Notes: generated by a model from the letters alone, not told the origin. Counted from the first letter of the stretch, positions 17,332 to 28,573 are shown. The stretch is DNA of 64,000 nt from an uncultured Acidobacteriaceae bacterium (GCA_963782285.1 CAWAJH010000010.1:138682-202681), one strand, 5' to 3'. A program made the numbers and translations.

Positions 17332-19863
17332 ATGGCGGAGCATGCTCTTTCCGATGCAACAAAGGCGCAATCTCAGCAGCCGCGGCCATTCGGCGAAGGT
17401 TACAAACTGATCGGCAAGGACTACCCGACGGCTGATTTGATTGCGAAGGTGACGGGAAAGTCGAGATACGCTGAGGATTTTCGCGCCGAGGGGATGCTGT
17501 TTTGCCGCCTGGTCTTGAGCCCCATGCCGCATGGACAGATCAAGCATGTGGATGCGAGCGAAGCGCTGAAGATGCCCGGCGTGAAAGCCGTCATGACCGC
17601 GGACGATATTCCTCCCCAGGCTGATTACATCGACGATAACGGGAGAACGATCAAGGCGAACAAGTGGGGAGAGCGTGCGCTTACCAATGAGCCGCGGTAC
17701 CAGGGCGATCCGATCCTTGCGGTGGTGGCAGTGGATGAGCTGACCTGCGCCGAAGCGATTGAGAAAATCAAGATCGATATGGAGCCGCTGCCGTTTGTGA
17801 TCGATCCACTGGAAACCTTGCGGCCAGGCAGTTCGAACCCGCATGCCGACGGAAACGTGTGGACGCGGCCGAAGGGAGTTACTGTCGGGCCACAGCAACT
17901 CGGCGAGTTGAAGTGGACGAGCGAAGATTTTGCCGATTACGACCAGGGAAAGCTGCCGATGGGCGAAGTTCCGGACAAGTGGTCGTATGGAGATGTGGAA
18001 GCGGGATTCAAGGATGCGGCGCTGATTCTGGACGAATCGTTTGTGACGCCGGACGTGAGCCACCAGTGCCTGGAGACGCGGACGGCGATGGCGTTCTGGC
18101 AGAACGGCAAGCTCTACATGCACACAGGCACGCAGAGCACGTTTCAGACGGTGCCGGCGATTGCGCGCTGGATGAACATGTCGACCGAGGATGTGGTGCT
18201 GATCAGCGAGTACACCGGCGGCGGCTTCGGAAGCAAGATCACGGGCGGCGTTACGATGATCATTCCCGCGATACTTTCGAAGAAGCTGAATGCGCCGGTG
18301 ATGATGCGCATCAGCCGCGAGGAAGAGCACTTCATCGGACGGGCACGGCCAAGCATCGATGGGCGCGCAAAGATTGGATTCGCGAAAGACGGCCGCATCA
18401 CGGCGATCGACATGTTCACGGTGTGCAACACGGGCGCCTACGATGCGGCGGGCGACGGCGCGACGTCGGGACGCATCACGTCTCTGCTCTACCAGGCGCC
18501 GGCGATGCGCTGGCGCGGCGTGACAGTGATGACGAATACTCCGACGCGCAGCGCGCAGAGCGCTCCGGGTGGGATGCAGGCCATTGCCATCATCGAGCCG
18601 ATTCTGGCAAAGGCGGCTCGCAAACTGAACGTGGATCAAGTGGCGTTGCGGCGCGTGAACTGCCCGGAAGGGAAGGCGCCCTATGGACCGCCGAATCCGG
18701 CGGGAAAGCGCGCGTATACGACGAGCTGCTTCCTGAAAGATGCGCTCGACCGCGGCGCAGAGCAATTTAAATGGCAGGAGCGCGCGGCGCAACCGAAGCG
18801 GAACGGCACAAGGGTACGAGGTGTGGGTGTTTCGCTGAGCTGCTATGTGGGCGGCACCATCGGGTTCGATGGGCTGATCGTGATTACGCCGGATGGGCGG
18901 GTGCGATTCCACTCCGGGATTGGAAACCTGGGAACCGAGTCGGTGATCGATGTGCATCGTGCTGGCGCTGAGGTGCTGGGTGTGCCGTGGGAGGCTTGCG
19001 ACGTGGTGTGGGGCGATACCGCGAAGAACTTCCCATACACGTGCGCCTCGGGCGGCAGCCAGACGACGCACGCGATGACGCGCGCGGCGTGCGCGGTGGC
19101 GACGGAATGCAAGCAGAAGCTGAAGGAAGTGGCGGCGAAGTCGCTGGGCGGCAGCCCGGAGAGCTACGACGTGGTGGATGGGCGCGTGGTGCACAAGGGC
19201 GGAGGCACAGCGCTGACGCTGGCGCAGGCCGCGCAGAAGGCGATTGCGCTGGGCGGCATCTACGACGGGCACGAGCCGCCGACAGACGTACACAAGCAGA
19301 CCGCCGCAGCGGTAAAGGCACTGGCCGGGCAAGGGCTGGTTGTGGCGTCGAAAGACAAGTTCGGGCGCGACGGCGACACCTATTCGTTTGTGGCCAGCTT
19401 TGCCGAAGTGGAAGTCGACATGGAGACAGGCAAGTACTACATTACGGATTTTCTGGCGTATGCCGACGTGGGGACAGTTCTGCACCCGCATGCGCTGGGC
19501 GGGCAGGTACTGGGGCGATCGACCCTCGGCATCGCACATGCGATCGGTCAAAAGTGGGTCTACGATCCGGAGTATGGATTTGTGGTGGCGAAGCGTTTCT
19601 ACCAGAACAAGCCGCCAACGATTCTGGACGTGCCGGTGAATATGCAATGGAATGCATTGAATATTCCCGATCCGGAGACGCCGGTAGGCGCCCGTGGAAT
19701 TGGCGAGCCGCCCGTGGGCGGAGGATGCGCGGCAATCCTGAACGCGTTGAGCGACGCGCTGGGTGACGAGGTCTTCCAGCGCGCGCCAGTTAACGCGGAT
19801 ACGATCCTGGCTTCGCTGGAAGCGGGCAAGCCGATGCAGCATCCGTTGATGGCGAACATTTAA
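17332..19863 (+). CDS. Xanthine dehydrogenase family molybdopterin-binding subunit
   Basis: KVTG, GGGFGSK, SGGSQTT, GARGIGEP (catalytic Glu). Confidence 0.95.
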   Translation: MAEHALSDATKAQSQQPRPFGEGYKLIGKDYPTADLIAKVTGKSRYAEDFRAEGMLFCRLVLSPMPHGQIKHVDASEALKMPGVKAVMTADDIPPQADYIDDNGRTIKANKWGERALTNEPRYQGDPILAVVAVDELTCAEAIEKIKIDMEPLPFVIDPLETLRPGSSNPHADGNVWTRPKGVTVGPQQLGELKWTSEDFADYDQGKLPMGEVPDKWSYGDVEAGFKDAALILDESFVTPDVSHQCLETRTAMAFWQNGKLYMHTGTQSTFQTVPAIARWMNMSTEDVVLISEYTGGGFGSKITGGVTMIIPAILSKKLNAPVMMRISREEEHFIGRARPSIDGRAKIGFAKDGRITAIDMFTVCNTGAYDAAGDGATSGRITSLLYQAPAMRWRGVTVMTNTPTRSAQSAPGGMQAIAIIEPILAKAARKLNVDQVALRRVNCPEGKAPYGPPNPAGKRAYTTSCFLKDALDRGAEQFKWQERAAQPKRNGTRVRGVGVSLSCYVGGTIGFDGLIVITPDGRVRFHSGIGNLGTESVIDVHRAGAEVLGVPWEACDVVWGDTAKNFPYTCASGGSQTTHAMTRAACAVATECKQKLKEVAAKSLGGSPESYDVVDGRVVHKGGGTALTLAQAAQKAIALGGIYDGHEPPTDVHKQTAAAVKALAGQGLVVASKDKFGRDGDTYSFVASFAEVEVDMETGKYYITDFLAYADVGTVLHPHALGGQVLGRSTLGIAHAIGQKWVYDPEYGFVVAKRFYQNKPPTILDVPVNMQWNALNIPDPETPVGARGIGEPPVGGGCAAILNALSDALGDEVFQRAPVNADTILASLEAGKPMQHPLMANI

Positions 19864-19940
19864 AAGCAGGGAACAGGGATCAGGGGTCAGAAAGACAGGA
19901 CCAGGCACTGGAACACCTCAGATCCGAAATGGAGTGAGCG

Positions 19941-21011
19941 ATGGCGGTCATACGAGATGTGATGCCGGCTTTTGATCTGCTGCAGCCGAGCAGTGCAGCG
20001 GAGGCGCAGCAATTGCTGGCGCAGAATGGTTCGGACGCGTGGGTCATGGCCGGCGGTATGGATAGCTTTGACTGGCTGAAAGACCGCATCAAGAAGCCGA
20101 AGGTGCTGGTGGACCTGAGCGGCGTCGACGAGCTGAAGGGAGTCCGCACGACCAGCGACGGCGTAGAGATTGGGGCGATGACCACACTGACCGAGATTGC
20201 GGAAAATCCGGCGATCCGGAAGGATTATGGCTTGCTGGCGGACGCGGTCGAGTTGGTGGCGTCACCGCAGATTCGCAACCAGGGCACTCTCGGCGGCAAC
20301 GTATCGCAGGATGCGCGCTGCTGGTACTACCGCGACGGATGGCCATGCTACCGGGCGGGCGGCAACATTTGCTACGCGGATACGCCGGTAGGGCGCAACC
20401 GGGAGCATGCGATCTTTGGCGCGGACCGGTGCGTCGCGGTGCACCCGTCGGACTCTGTGCCTGCGCTGATTGCCCTCGATGCGAAGTTCGTGGTGCAGAC
20501 GTCGAAGGGTGAGCGCGTAGTGGATGCGGAGGATTATTTTGTGGGGCCGGAGACGGATATTACGCGGCTCAATATTCTTCAGCCCGGCGATCTGCTCACA
20601 GCGATTCGAATTCCAGCGGCATGGGCGGGCGCGAAGTTCTATTTCGAGAAGGTGCGCGACCGGAATGTTTGGGATTTCCCATTGATGAATGTGGCATCCG
20701 CGATGAAGCTGAGCGGGAACAACATTGACCAGATGAGAATTGCGGTGAATGCGGTATCTCCCAAGCCGATGCGACTGAAAGCGGTAGAAGATGCGGTGCG
20801 CGGCAAGCCAGCCAATGCGGAGACGGGCGAAATGGCGGGCAAGCTCGCCGTGCAGGGCGCGGTACCGCTGCAGTTTAATGCCTACAAGATTCCGCTGATG
20901 CGCAATCTGGTGAAGCGGGCGATTGCGGGCGCGCAACCGTCACAGCAGGCGGGAAATGCAGTGTTCCCGGGGACCAGACGCACCGATGCACAGGAGGCGA
21001 CATGGAGCTGA
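19941..21011 (+). CDS. XDH family FAD-binding subunit (PaoB/YagS-like, with Cys-rich [4Fe-4S] insert)
   Basis: AGG motif, ASPQIRNQGTLGGN, RCWYYR...CYRAGGNIC...CVAVHPSD. Confidence 0.93.
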   Translation: MAVIRDVMPAFDLLQPSSAAEAQQLLAQNGSDAWVMAGGMDSFDWLKDRIKKPKVLVDLSGVDELKGVRTTSDGVEIGAMTTLTEIAENPAIRKDYGLLADAVELVASPQIRNQGTLGGNVSQDARCWYYRDGWPCYRAGGNICYADTPVGRNREHAIFGADRCVAVHPSDSVPALIALDAKFVVQTSKGERVVDAEDYFVGPETDITRLNILQPGDLLTAIRIPAAWAGAKFYFEKVRDRNVWDFPLMNVASAMKLSGNNIDQMRIAVNAVSPKPMRLKAVEDAVRGKPANAETGEMAGKLAVQGAVPLQFNAYKIPLMRNLVKRAIAGAQPSQQAGNAVFPGTRRTDAQEATWS

Positions 21012-21864
21012 TCCAATGGGCTACAAGTCCCTGGGGGAATTCTGTCCCGATTCACATTGCGTGGGGACTGCTGTGGGTCGCGGTGATTGCAGGGTTCTTC
21101 TTCATGATCGTGCACTCGCTGTACCTGATGATTGTGAAGCCGCCGAAACGATTTGCGGAGCGCAAGGCTGAAGCGGGCGCGGCGGCGATTCCGGAGCATG
21201 TGCCGAGGCATACGCTGACGGCGCGGCTATTTCACTGGATCATGGCGGCGTCAATGATCACGCTGCTGGTTACCGCGTTCCTGCCGAAGGTGGGAGTTCA
21301 GTTCAACTGGGTGCTCTACCACTGGATCGCCGGCGTGGTGCTGACCGTTTCGATTCTCTTCCACATCGTGCATTCGACGTTTTTTCTGGACTTCTGGTCG
21401 ATATGGCCGGACGGACGGATTTGCGCGACGCGATGAACCGGACGCGGCGGTTTTTCGGCAAGGATGCGCCGCTGCCCAGGAAGTTTGCGAAGTATCCGCT
21501 GGAGAACAAGCTGTATCACGGCGTGGTGATGCTGGCCGGGCTGGCGGTGATCGTTACCGGCTTGTTCATGATGAAGCGCGTGCAGACGGGAATTTTCACG
21601 CGCAATCCATATCTCTTCAGCGATATGACGTGGGGCCTGATGTACGTGCTGCACGGGCTGTGCGGCGTGGGATTGATTGCGTTGGTGATGGTGCACGTGT
21701 ACATGGGCATGCGGCCGGAGAAGTTCCCCATCACGAAGTCGATGATCTTCGGCTGGATGAGCCGCGATTTCTATCTGGAGGAGCACGACACCGACCGGTG
21801 GGCAGTGAAAGGAACCGCGTCCTCTGCCGCGAAGCGAGGTCTAGCCGCAAACGATGGCGACTGA
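21002..21864 (+). pseudogene. FdnI-like cytochrome b subunit, one frameshift near 21410 (probably a sequencing error)
   Basis: RLFHW, HWIAG, KYP..NK, LHG, HVYM heme-ligand motifs split across ORFs 21002-21436 and 21403-21864. Confidence 0.82.
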
Positions 21865-22291
21865 GATCGAGCAACAATGCGAAACGATTGAGGAGTGCTA
21901 CGAGTTCACGCTCTCTTATGCCGCGCGGGGAGTTTCGGGCGAGGGCACGGGAGACGCCAGCGGACAGATGCGCGATCATTTGACGCGGGCGGCCGCGGCG
22001 ATGCGCGGGCTGGCGCGGAGTTATGCGGAGACGATTCAACAGGAACAGCTGGCGCCGGCGGAAAAGTACGAAGCGTTTTTCGCGGTGCTGAAGCGCGATG
22101 CGGAGAACGCGGTTGCGGCGGTGGAACTGGTGCTGGCGCAGCCAGCGATCGGTTCGCAGCTTGTCGACAATCTGAATGCGTCAATCCATCTGCGGGCGCT
22201 GCTGGCGGATTTGTTTCTGGTGACGGAGATCCTTGCAGTGCGGCATGCGCGCCCGGCTGCGGCGACGGATGGAGCCGGTGGAGCGCGCTGA
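21854..22291 (+). CDS. Helical hypothetical protein in the molybdoenzyme operon
   Basis: Overlaps the cytochrome b stop; host-like codon use; IEECYEF..SYAA and DNLNASIHLRALL motifs. Confidence 0.8.
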   Translation: MATEIEQQCETIEECYEFTLSYAARGVSGEGTGDASGQMRDHLTRAAAAMRGLARSYAETIQQEQLAPAEKYEAFFAVLKRDAENAVAAVELVLAQPAIGSQLVDNLNASIHLRALLADLFLVTEILAVRHARPAAATDGAGGAR

Positions 22292-22495
22292 GCGGCGTTT
22301 CGGCGTGGTACCGAACTTAGAATTCTCATCGGCATTTCCGCAGGCGCTGAAGCCCTGTCTCCTTTTGTGGATTCGATTCGGCACGAGTGAACTCGTGCCC
22401 TGATACAAGAATCTTGCCGAGCATTTTTCTTGACTTGCGGCAAGCTGCTTCATTGCAATGCAATGAAGCTCAGCGCAAATCCATGGATAACACGC

Positions 22496-22861
22496 ATGTA
22501 TTCGCCACAAGTTCTCGAACATTTTGAGCACCCGCGCAATGCGGGGACGGTTGCCGATGCCGATGCGTCGGCGCGAATCGAGAATCCGGCCTGCGGCGAC
22601 ATTCTGGAGCTGACAGTGAAGGTTGTGGACGGGCGGATTGCGGAGATCCGCTTCCGCGCGAAGGGGTGCGTGGCCGCGATGGCGTGTGGGTCAGCGTTGA
22701 CGGAGCTTGTTCGTGGAAAGACGGTAGACGAGGCGAGAGCGCTTCGCCGGGACGAACTGGTGCGCGCGGTGGGCGGGTTGCCGCAGGCGTCGAGCCATGC
22801 GGGGCATCTGGCGATGGACGCGCTGGCGGCGGTGCTGGGGAAGGTCGCGGATCGGCAGTAA
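22496..22861 (+). CDS. IscU/NifU-N-like Fe-S scaffold protein
   Basis: YSPQVLEHFEHPRNAG, NPACGD, FRAKGC. Confidence 0.9.
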   Translation: MYSPQVLEHFEHPRNAGTVADADASARIENPACGDILELTVKVVDGRIAEIRFRAKGCVAAMACGSALTELVRGKTVDEARALRRDELVRAVGGLPQASSHAGHLAMDALAAVLGKVADRQ

Positions 22862-23060
22862 GGATGCGTCCGGAACGCATTGTTGCGTTGCACTAAGCTG
22901 CTGCGACCCGAGCCTCGCAATCGGGCAGCATCAACGAACGCATTTACGAGAAGCAAAAACAGGGGCCACCGCAGATCCATCGCCTGCGCCTCTCGCGGGA
23001 AACCGCGGGAGGCTTTGCTCAGGATGACAGTCTTGAATTGAGCGCATCAACGTAGTTGTT

Positions 23061-23708
23061 CTAGGACGAGGGTGGAGTCTTCACGAGAGCGGAGTAGTCG
23101 TGCGGCGTGTTGAGGCCGGCTTTGGCGAGCGCGTCGGGGACAGAAATGTATTCAATGCGCTGTGCGTTAGCGTGGAGGACTTCGCGGGCATTGCCGGTGA
23201 CGGGGGCGGCGAGGAATGCGTCGATCAGATCGCGATTCACGAGCAGCGGATGGCCGTGCTTGCCGTTGTTTTCAGGAGCGATGGCCCAGAGCTCGCGGGT
23301 GAGGACAAGCTCGAAGCGGTCGCGAAGCAATTCGAGTGATGCGGCGTGCAGAGGCGGGCAATCGACCGGTGTGATCATGGCCGCGTTGTAGCCTCGGTCG
23401 AGAAGTTCGCGGAGGCCGGACTGCAATGAGCTGAACTGGCCCCGCTCGGGGTTCGGATTGCGGGCGAGGATTGCGCCGTTCGCATCGACGATCGGAGCGA
23501 GAGATTCCGCGTTTCGTCCGGCGACGACAACGACAGCCCGGGTGAGCGGTTGGAGAGCAAGGATGGCAGCGGAGAGGAGGGTTTGTGTGAAGGCGGCCGT
23601 CGAGCCGGATTGCTGGGGAGGCCAGGGAAGCAAGGCTTTGTCAGAGCCCATGCGCGAGGACTGGCCGGCGGCTAGGATGAGGCCGCAGAAGTGAGGGGCG
23701 GTGGGCAT
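23061..23708 (-). CDS. MocA/MobA-like nucleotidyltransferase (Mo cofactor)
   Basis: LILAAGQSSRMGSDKALL, GQFSSL, PVDCP, GHP, NTP motifs. Confidence 0.9.
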   Translation of the reverse strand: MPTAPHFCGLILAAGQSSRMGSDKALLPWPPQQSGSTAAFTQTLLSAAILALQPLTRAVVVVAGRNAESLAPIVDANGAILARNPNPERGQFSSLQSGLRELLDRGYNAAMITPVDCPPLHAASLELLRDRFELVLTRELWAIAPENNGKHGHPLLVNRDLIDAFLAAPVTGNAREVLHANAQRIEYISVPDALAKAGLNTPHDYSALVKTPPSS

Positions 23709-23727
23709 AGAAAGACGATAGCGCGAT

Positions 23728-23773
23728 CCCACCCTAGGCACAAAAACAAAGACCTGCCGAGAGTGGGGCACCC
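23728..23773. repeat. Palindromic intergenic element CCCA(C/G)...TGGGGCACCC
   Basis: Related copies at 24768-24808, 28616-28650 and 32041-32071. Confidence 0.7.
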
Positions 23774-23780
23774 ATTCTGT

Positions 23781-24647
23781 TTACGTTTCAGCAGGTGTCG
23801 AAATGGGATCGTCTTGCGGAGCAGCGGCGGCGTGGCGGGCGCTGTGGAACCAGCCCATGTGAGGCAGGGCGCGCTCGGCGTGGCGGCGCATGGCGATGAG
23901 CTCGGCGAGGATGGACGACGGCGATCTCTTCGGGCGTGACGGCGCCGATATCGAGCCCGATGGGAGAATGCACGCGGTCGAAGAGTTCGGGCTTGAGACC
24001 CTCGCGTGTGAGTTCGCGAAAGACGGTAATGGCTTTGCGTTTGGAGCCGATCATGCCGATGTAGCGCGCGGGGGTTTGCACGGCCCAGCGTAAAACTCGC
24101 ATGTCGTCGCGGTGGCCGCGGGTGGCGATGACGATATAGGAGGACTCGCTGGGGCGTAGCTCCTTGAGCGCTTCGTCGAAGTCTTTGGCGATGACTTCGA
24201 GCGCGCCGGGAAAGCGCTCGGCGTTGGCGTAGGCGTCGCGGTCGTCGGCGACGATGCAATCGAAGCCCGCGTTCCGCGCGGCCTTGAAGAGCTCGACGGC
24301 GACGTGGCCGGCGCCGAAGATGATAAAGCAGCGGCACGGGCAGTACAGGCTCGATGAAGATTTCCAAGCGTGCCTCCGCAGACGAGGCCGGTATCGTATT
24401 TGGGATCCTGGTTGAGATCGAAGGACAGGGTTCGCGGCTTTTCCTGGGCGATGACTTCGCGCGCCGCCTGCCAGACTTCGGCTTCGACGCAGCCGCCGCC
24501 GATGGTGCCGGCGATGGAGCCGTCGTCGCGGACGAGCATTTTGGCGCTTTGAAACGAGGGGATGGAGCCGCGCGAGTTCACGATGGTGGCGACGGCGCCG
24601 CTGCGGCCCTCGCGCTGCAGCTTGACGATCTCCTCGTAGATGTTCAT
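23781..24647 (-). pseudogene. xdhC: XdhC/CoxI family Mo-cofactor chaperone, with about 3 frameshifts
   Basis: GTIGGGCVEAEV, CGG, GAGHVA, TRGH, YIGMIGSKRK, PIGLDIGAVTPEEIAV spread over several frames. Confidence 0.85.
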
Positions 24648-24891
24648 CTCATATCGATTATTGGATTGGGCGGGAACGAAGTCAAACCGAAGGAGGCAAG
24701 GAACAAGGGATCAGGGACCAAGGGGACGAAGGAACGAGCAACCCTGGGAACAGGTATCCGTTGCCGTCCCACCCTTTTCGCAAAGAGCACGAAAAGGATG
24801 GGGCAACCTTTCAACCGAGGAACTATTGCCGAAAGGCGTTGATTGCGCTAACTTCAAAGACTCAGTCACTTTTCGAGGGAGGTAGCTGAGG

Positions 24892-25762
24892 ATGCCCCGT
24901 ATGGTTCGATGTTCCATTATTCAGGCCTCGAATGCGGTGCCTGCGACGGAGCCGCTTGCCCGGCAGAAGCAGGCGATGGTGGAGAAGCATGTGGGATTGA
25001 TTCGCCAGGCGGCGAAGGCGGGAGCGCAGATTGTGTGCCTGCAGGAGATCTTCAACGGGCCGTATTTTTGCGCGGAGCAGGAGACGAAGTGGTACGAGAT
25101 GACGGAGCCCGTTCCCGATGGGCCGACGGTGACGCTGATGCGCGGGCTGGCGAAGGAGCTGCGACATCGCGATGGTTGTGCCGGTGTACGAAGTGGAGCA
25201 GGAGGGGATTTTCTACAACACCGCGGCGGTGATCGCGAAGGATGGATCGTATCTCGGGAAATATCGCAAGACGCATATTCCGCATGTGGCGCCGGGGTTC
25301 TGGGAGAAGTTTTATTTTCGGCCGGGGAACCTGGGGTATCCGGTATTCGATCTGGGTTTCGCGAAGATCGGCGTCTATATCTGTTATGACCGGCATTTTC
25401 CTGAAGGCGCGCGGTGCCTGGGATTGAACGGCGCGGAGATTGTATTCAATCCTTCGGCGACGGTGGCGGGATTGAGCGAGTACCTGTGGAAGCTGGAGCA
25501 GCCGGCGCACGCAGCGGCGAATGGATATTTCATTGCGGCAATCAATCGAGTGGGAACCGAAGCGCCGTGGAACATCGGCGAGTTTTACGGGTCGAGCTAT
25601 TTCTGCAATCCGCGCGGGAAGATTATCGCTGAGGCTAGCCGCGACAAGGACGAGGTGCTGACTGCCGACCTGAACCTGGATGAGATTGCCGAGGTGCGGC
25701 GGACGTGGCAGTTTTACCGCGACCGGCGGCCGGATTTGTATGGGCCGCTGGTGGCGGGGTGA
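24892..25762 (+). pseudogene. Nitrilase-family beta-ureidopropionase, one frameshift near 25165
   Basis: CLQE, YRKTHIP, FWEKFYF, ICYDRHFPE triad motifs; located in the pyrimidine cluster. Confidence 0.88.
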
Positions 25763-25843
25763 TGAGGCAGGGAACAAGGGACCGAGGGAACAAGGGAATG
25801 AGACTTCGGACCTCGGCCGCCCCCAAATTCTCACGAGGACCGC

Positions 25844-27180
25844 ATGAGCACGAACGCAATACCTGACGATCTGCAAATCAGGGAGCGGTTTAGCGAGCTG
25901 AAACCGGCGCTCGACGGCGCAGGCAGCGGTGATCGAGGCCGATCGCTGCCTGAACTGCTTTGATGCGCCATGCACGGCGGCGTGCCCCACGCATATCGAT
26001 GTGCCGGGATTTATCAAGCGGATTGCTTCGGGGAATCTGCGCGGGTCGGCGGTGAGGATTCTGGATGCGAATATTCTGGGCGCGAGCTGCGCGCGGGTGT
26101 GCCCGGTGGACGTGTTGTGCGAGGGCGCATGCGTGATGGTACGGCAGAACAGAAAGCCGATCCAGATTGCGCTGCTGCAGCGGCACGCGATGGATGCCTT
26201 CTGGGGGTCGGGTGAGTTACTTCCGGTGAAGGCGGTGGGAACGACGAAAGCTGCGTGTGGCGTGCATCGGTGGGGGCCCGGCGTCGCTGGCGTGCGCGGC
26301 AGAGCTTTGCCGGCAGGGCGCGCAGGCAACGGTGATTGAGCGGCGCGAGCTGCCGGGCGGATTGAACACGTATGGCGTGGCCGAGTACAAGCTGCGGGCA
26401 GCAGAAAGCGTGCGCGAGGTGGAAATGATCCGGCGGCTGGGCGTTGAGTTCCGCTGCGGAGTGGACGTGGATTCGGCGCCGGTGCTGGAGGCACTGGAAG
26501 CGGAGTTCGACTTTATCTTTCTCGGACTGGGGCTGGGCGCGATGCAGCGGCTGAGTATTCCCGGCGAAGACGCCGAAGGCGTGATGAATGCGCTGGAGCT
26601 GATTGCCGCATACAAGACCGGACATTTGCGCGAGCTGCATGGGACAGTAGTGGTGGTCGGCGCGGGAAACACGGCGATTGACGCAGCGAATGCTGCGCGC
26701 AGGCTGGGCGCGGAGACGGTGTATATGCTCTATCGGCGCGGCGAGAACGAGATGTCGGCGTTCGACTTTGAGTATGAGCACGCCAAGCAGGAGGGCGTGC
26801 AGTTTTTGTGGCGCAGGGTCCCGGTGGCGATCCAGCCCGGTCCGGATGCGAAGCGAGGACTGCTGCTGGACACGGTTGAGATGCGGCAGGCGGATGGAAG
26901 GCTTGAGGCAGTCGATGGCTCTCATTTAGGGATCATTTGCGACTTGGTGGTGCCGGCGATTGGGCAATCTCCGCTAACGGAGCTTTTGCAAAAGCTGCGC
27001 GGCGTTGAGGTGCGCGACGGCCGGATTGTGGCCGACGCTCGGACGGGCGCGACCGGCAATTCACGCTACTATGCCGGCGGCGATTGCGTGAACGGCGGGC
27101 GCGAGGTGGTGGATGCGGTGGCTGGGGGGAAGCGCGCTGCGCTGGCGATGTTGAAGACGGCGGAGGTGGCCCATGCCTGA
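25844..27180 (+). pseudogene. preT: Dihydropyrimidine dehydrogenase subunit PreT (GltD-like), with frameshifts near 25915 and 26255
   Basis: EADRCLNCFDAPC..ACP, CARVCP, IGGGPAS, VGAGNTAID, YRR, AGGD. Confidence 0.85.
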
Positions 27181-28573
27181 TATCAGCGTGAAGGGTTTTG
27201 CGGGCGGGATCGACTCGCCAAATCCGTTCTGGCTGGCTTCGGCGCCGCCGACCAACACCGGTGAAATGATCATGCGCGCGTTCGACGCGGGCTGGGGCGG
27301 CGCAGTGTGGAAGACGATCGGCGAGCCGATTACAAATGTGAGCTCACGCTACTCGGCGACGGACTGGAACGGGCAGCGCATGATGGGCTTCAACAATATT
27401 GAGCTGATCAGCGACCGGACCGTCGAGCAGAATTTGAGCGAAATGGCGGAGGTGAAAAAGCGCTACCCGAAGAACGCGGTGATCGCCTCGCTGATGGTGG
27501 CGTCGACGCGCGAGGCGTGGCACGAGATTGTGACCCGCACTGAGGATGCAGGAGCGGACGGACTGGAGCTGAACTTTGGCTGCCCGCACGGGATGAGCGA
27601 GCGCGGCATGGGCTCGGCCGTGGGGCAGGTGCCGGAGTACGCGGAGATGATTACCGCCTGGGTGAAGGAGAAGGCGAAGACTCCGGTGCTGGTAAAACTG
27701 ACGCCGAATATTACGGACATTCGCGCGGTGGCGCGGGCGGCGAAGCATGGTGGCGCGGATGGGCTGTCGGCGATCAACACGATCAATTCGATTACGGGGA
27801 TCGATCTCGATACATTTGTGCCGCGGCCCAATGTGGACGGGAAGAGTTCGCACGGCGGCTATTGCGGGCCGGCGGTGAAACCGATTGCGTTGAACATGGT
27901 GGAGCAGATTCTGGCCGATCCGGAAAGTGCGCTGCCGCTCTCGGGGATCGGCGGAATCGGGTCGTGGCGGGATGCGGTGGAGTTCATGCTGCTGGGCTGC
28001 GGGACGGTTCAGGTGTGCACGGCGGTAATGCACTACGGCTACCGGATCGTCGAGGACATGGCCGAGGGCCTGGACAACTGGATGCGCGATAAAGGATTCA
28101 AGACGCTCGAAGATTTTCGCGGGCTGTCGGTTGCGAAGGTTACCGAGTGGAAGCACCTGAATTTGAATTACAAAATTGTGGCGCGCATCGACGAGCAGAA
28201 GTGTATTGGCTGCGACCTGTGCCACATTGCTTGCTGGGATGGCGCGCACCAGTGCATTCATCTCGATCGCGTAACGGGGCCGGTGGATGGGCACGTGGAA
28301 CTGCATCCGATTCCGGCAGTGAAGGAAACGGAGAGCCGGGCCTCGATGGCGGAGACTCCGGTAACGCGCAAGGAGCGTGCGGTGGCGTTTGCAGAGGGGC
28401 CGTATCCGACGCCGCTCGATCGCATTCCGCGGGTGGATGAGACGGAGTGCGTGGGATGCAATTTGTGTTCGTGCGTGTGTCCGGTGGATGGATGCATCAC
28501 GATGGTCGAGGTGGAAACGGGACTGAAGCCGGAGACTTGGGAAGAACGGACGAAAAGCGCCGCGTGTGGATAG
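27173..28573 (+). CDS. preA: Dihydropyrimidine dehydrogenase subunit PreA
   Basis: NPFWLASAPPT, ELNFGCPHGM, KLTPNIT, two 4Fe-4S Cys motifs. Confidence 0.96.
   Translation: MPDISVKGFAGGIDSPNPFWLASAPPTNTGEMIMRAFDAGWGGAVWKTIGEPITNVSSRYSATDWNGQRMMGFNNIELISDRTVEQNLSEMAEVKKRYPKNAVIASLMVASTREAWHEIVTRTEDAGADGLELNFGCPHGMSERGMGSAVGQVPEYAEMITAWVKEKAKTPVLVKLTPNITDIRAVARAAKHGGADGLSAINTINSITGIDLDTFVPRPNVDGKSSHGGYCGPAVKPIALNMVEQILADPESALPLSGIGGIGSWRDAVEFMLLGCGTVQVCTAVMHYGYRIVEDMAEGLDNWMRDKGFKTLEDFRGLSVAKVTEWKHLNLNYKIVARIDEQKCIGCDLCHIACWDGAHQCIHLDRVTGPVDGHVELHPIPAVKETESRASMAETPVTRKERAVAFAEGPYPTPLDRIPRVDETECVGCNLCSCVCPVDGCITMVEVETGLKPETWEERTKSAACG

Noticed and set aside
17272-19908. Long antisense ORFs (878 aa here; also 25052-26494, 27344-28663, 12518-13948)
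   Set aside because: Shadow frames of high-GC genes, Arg/His-rich with no domain motifs.
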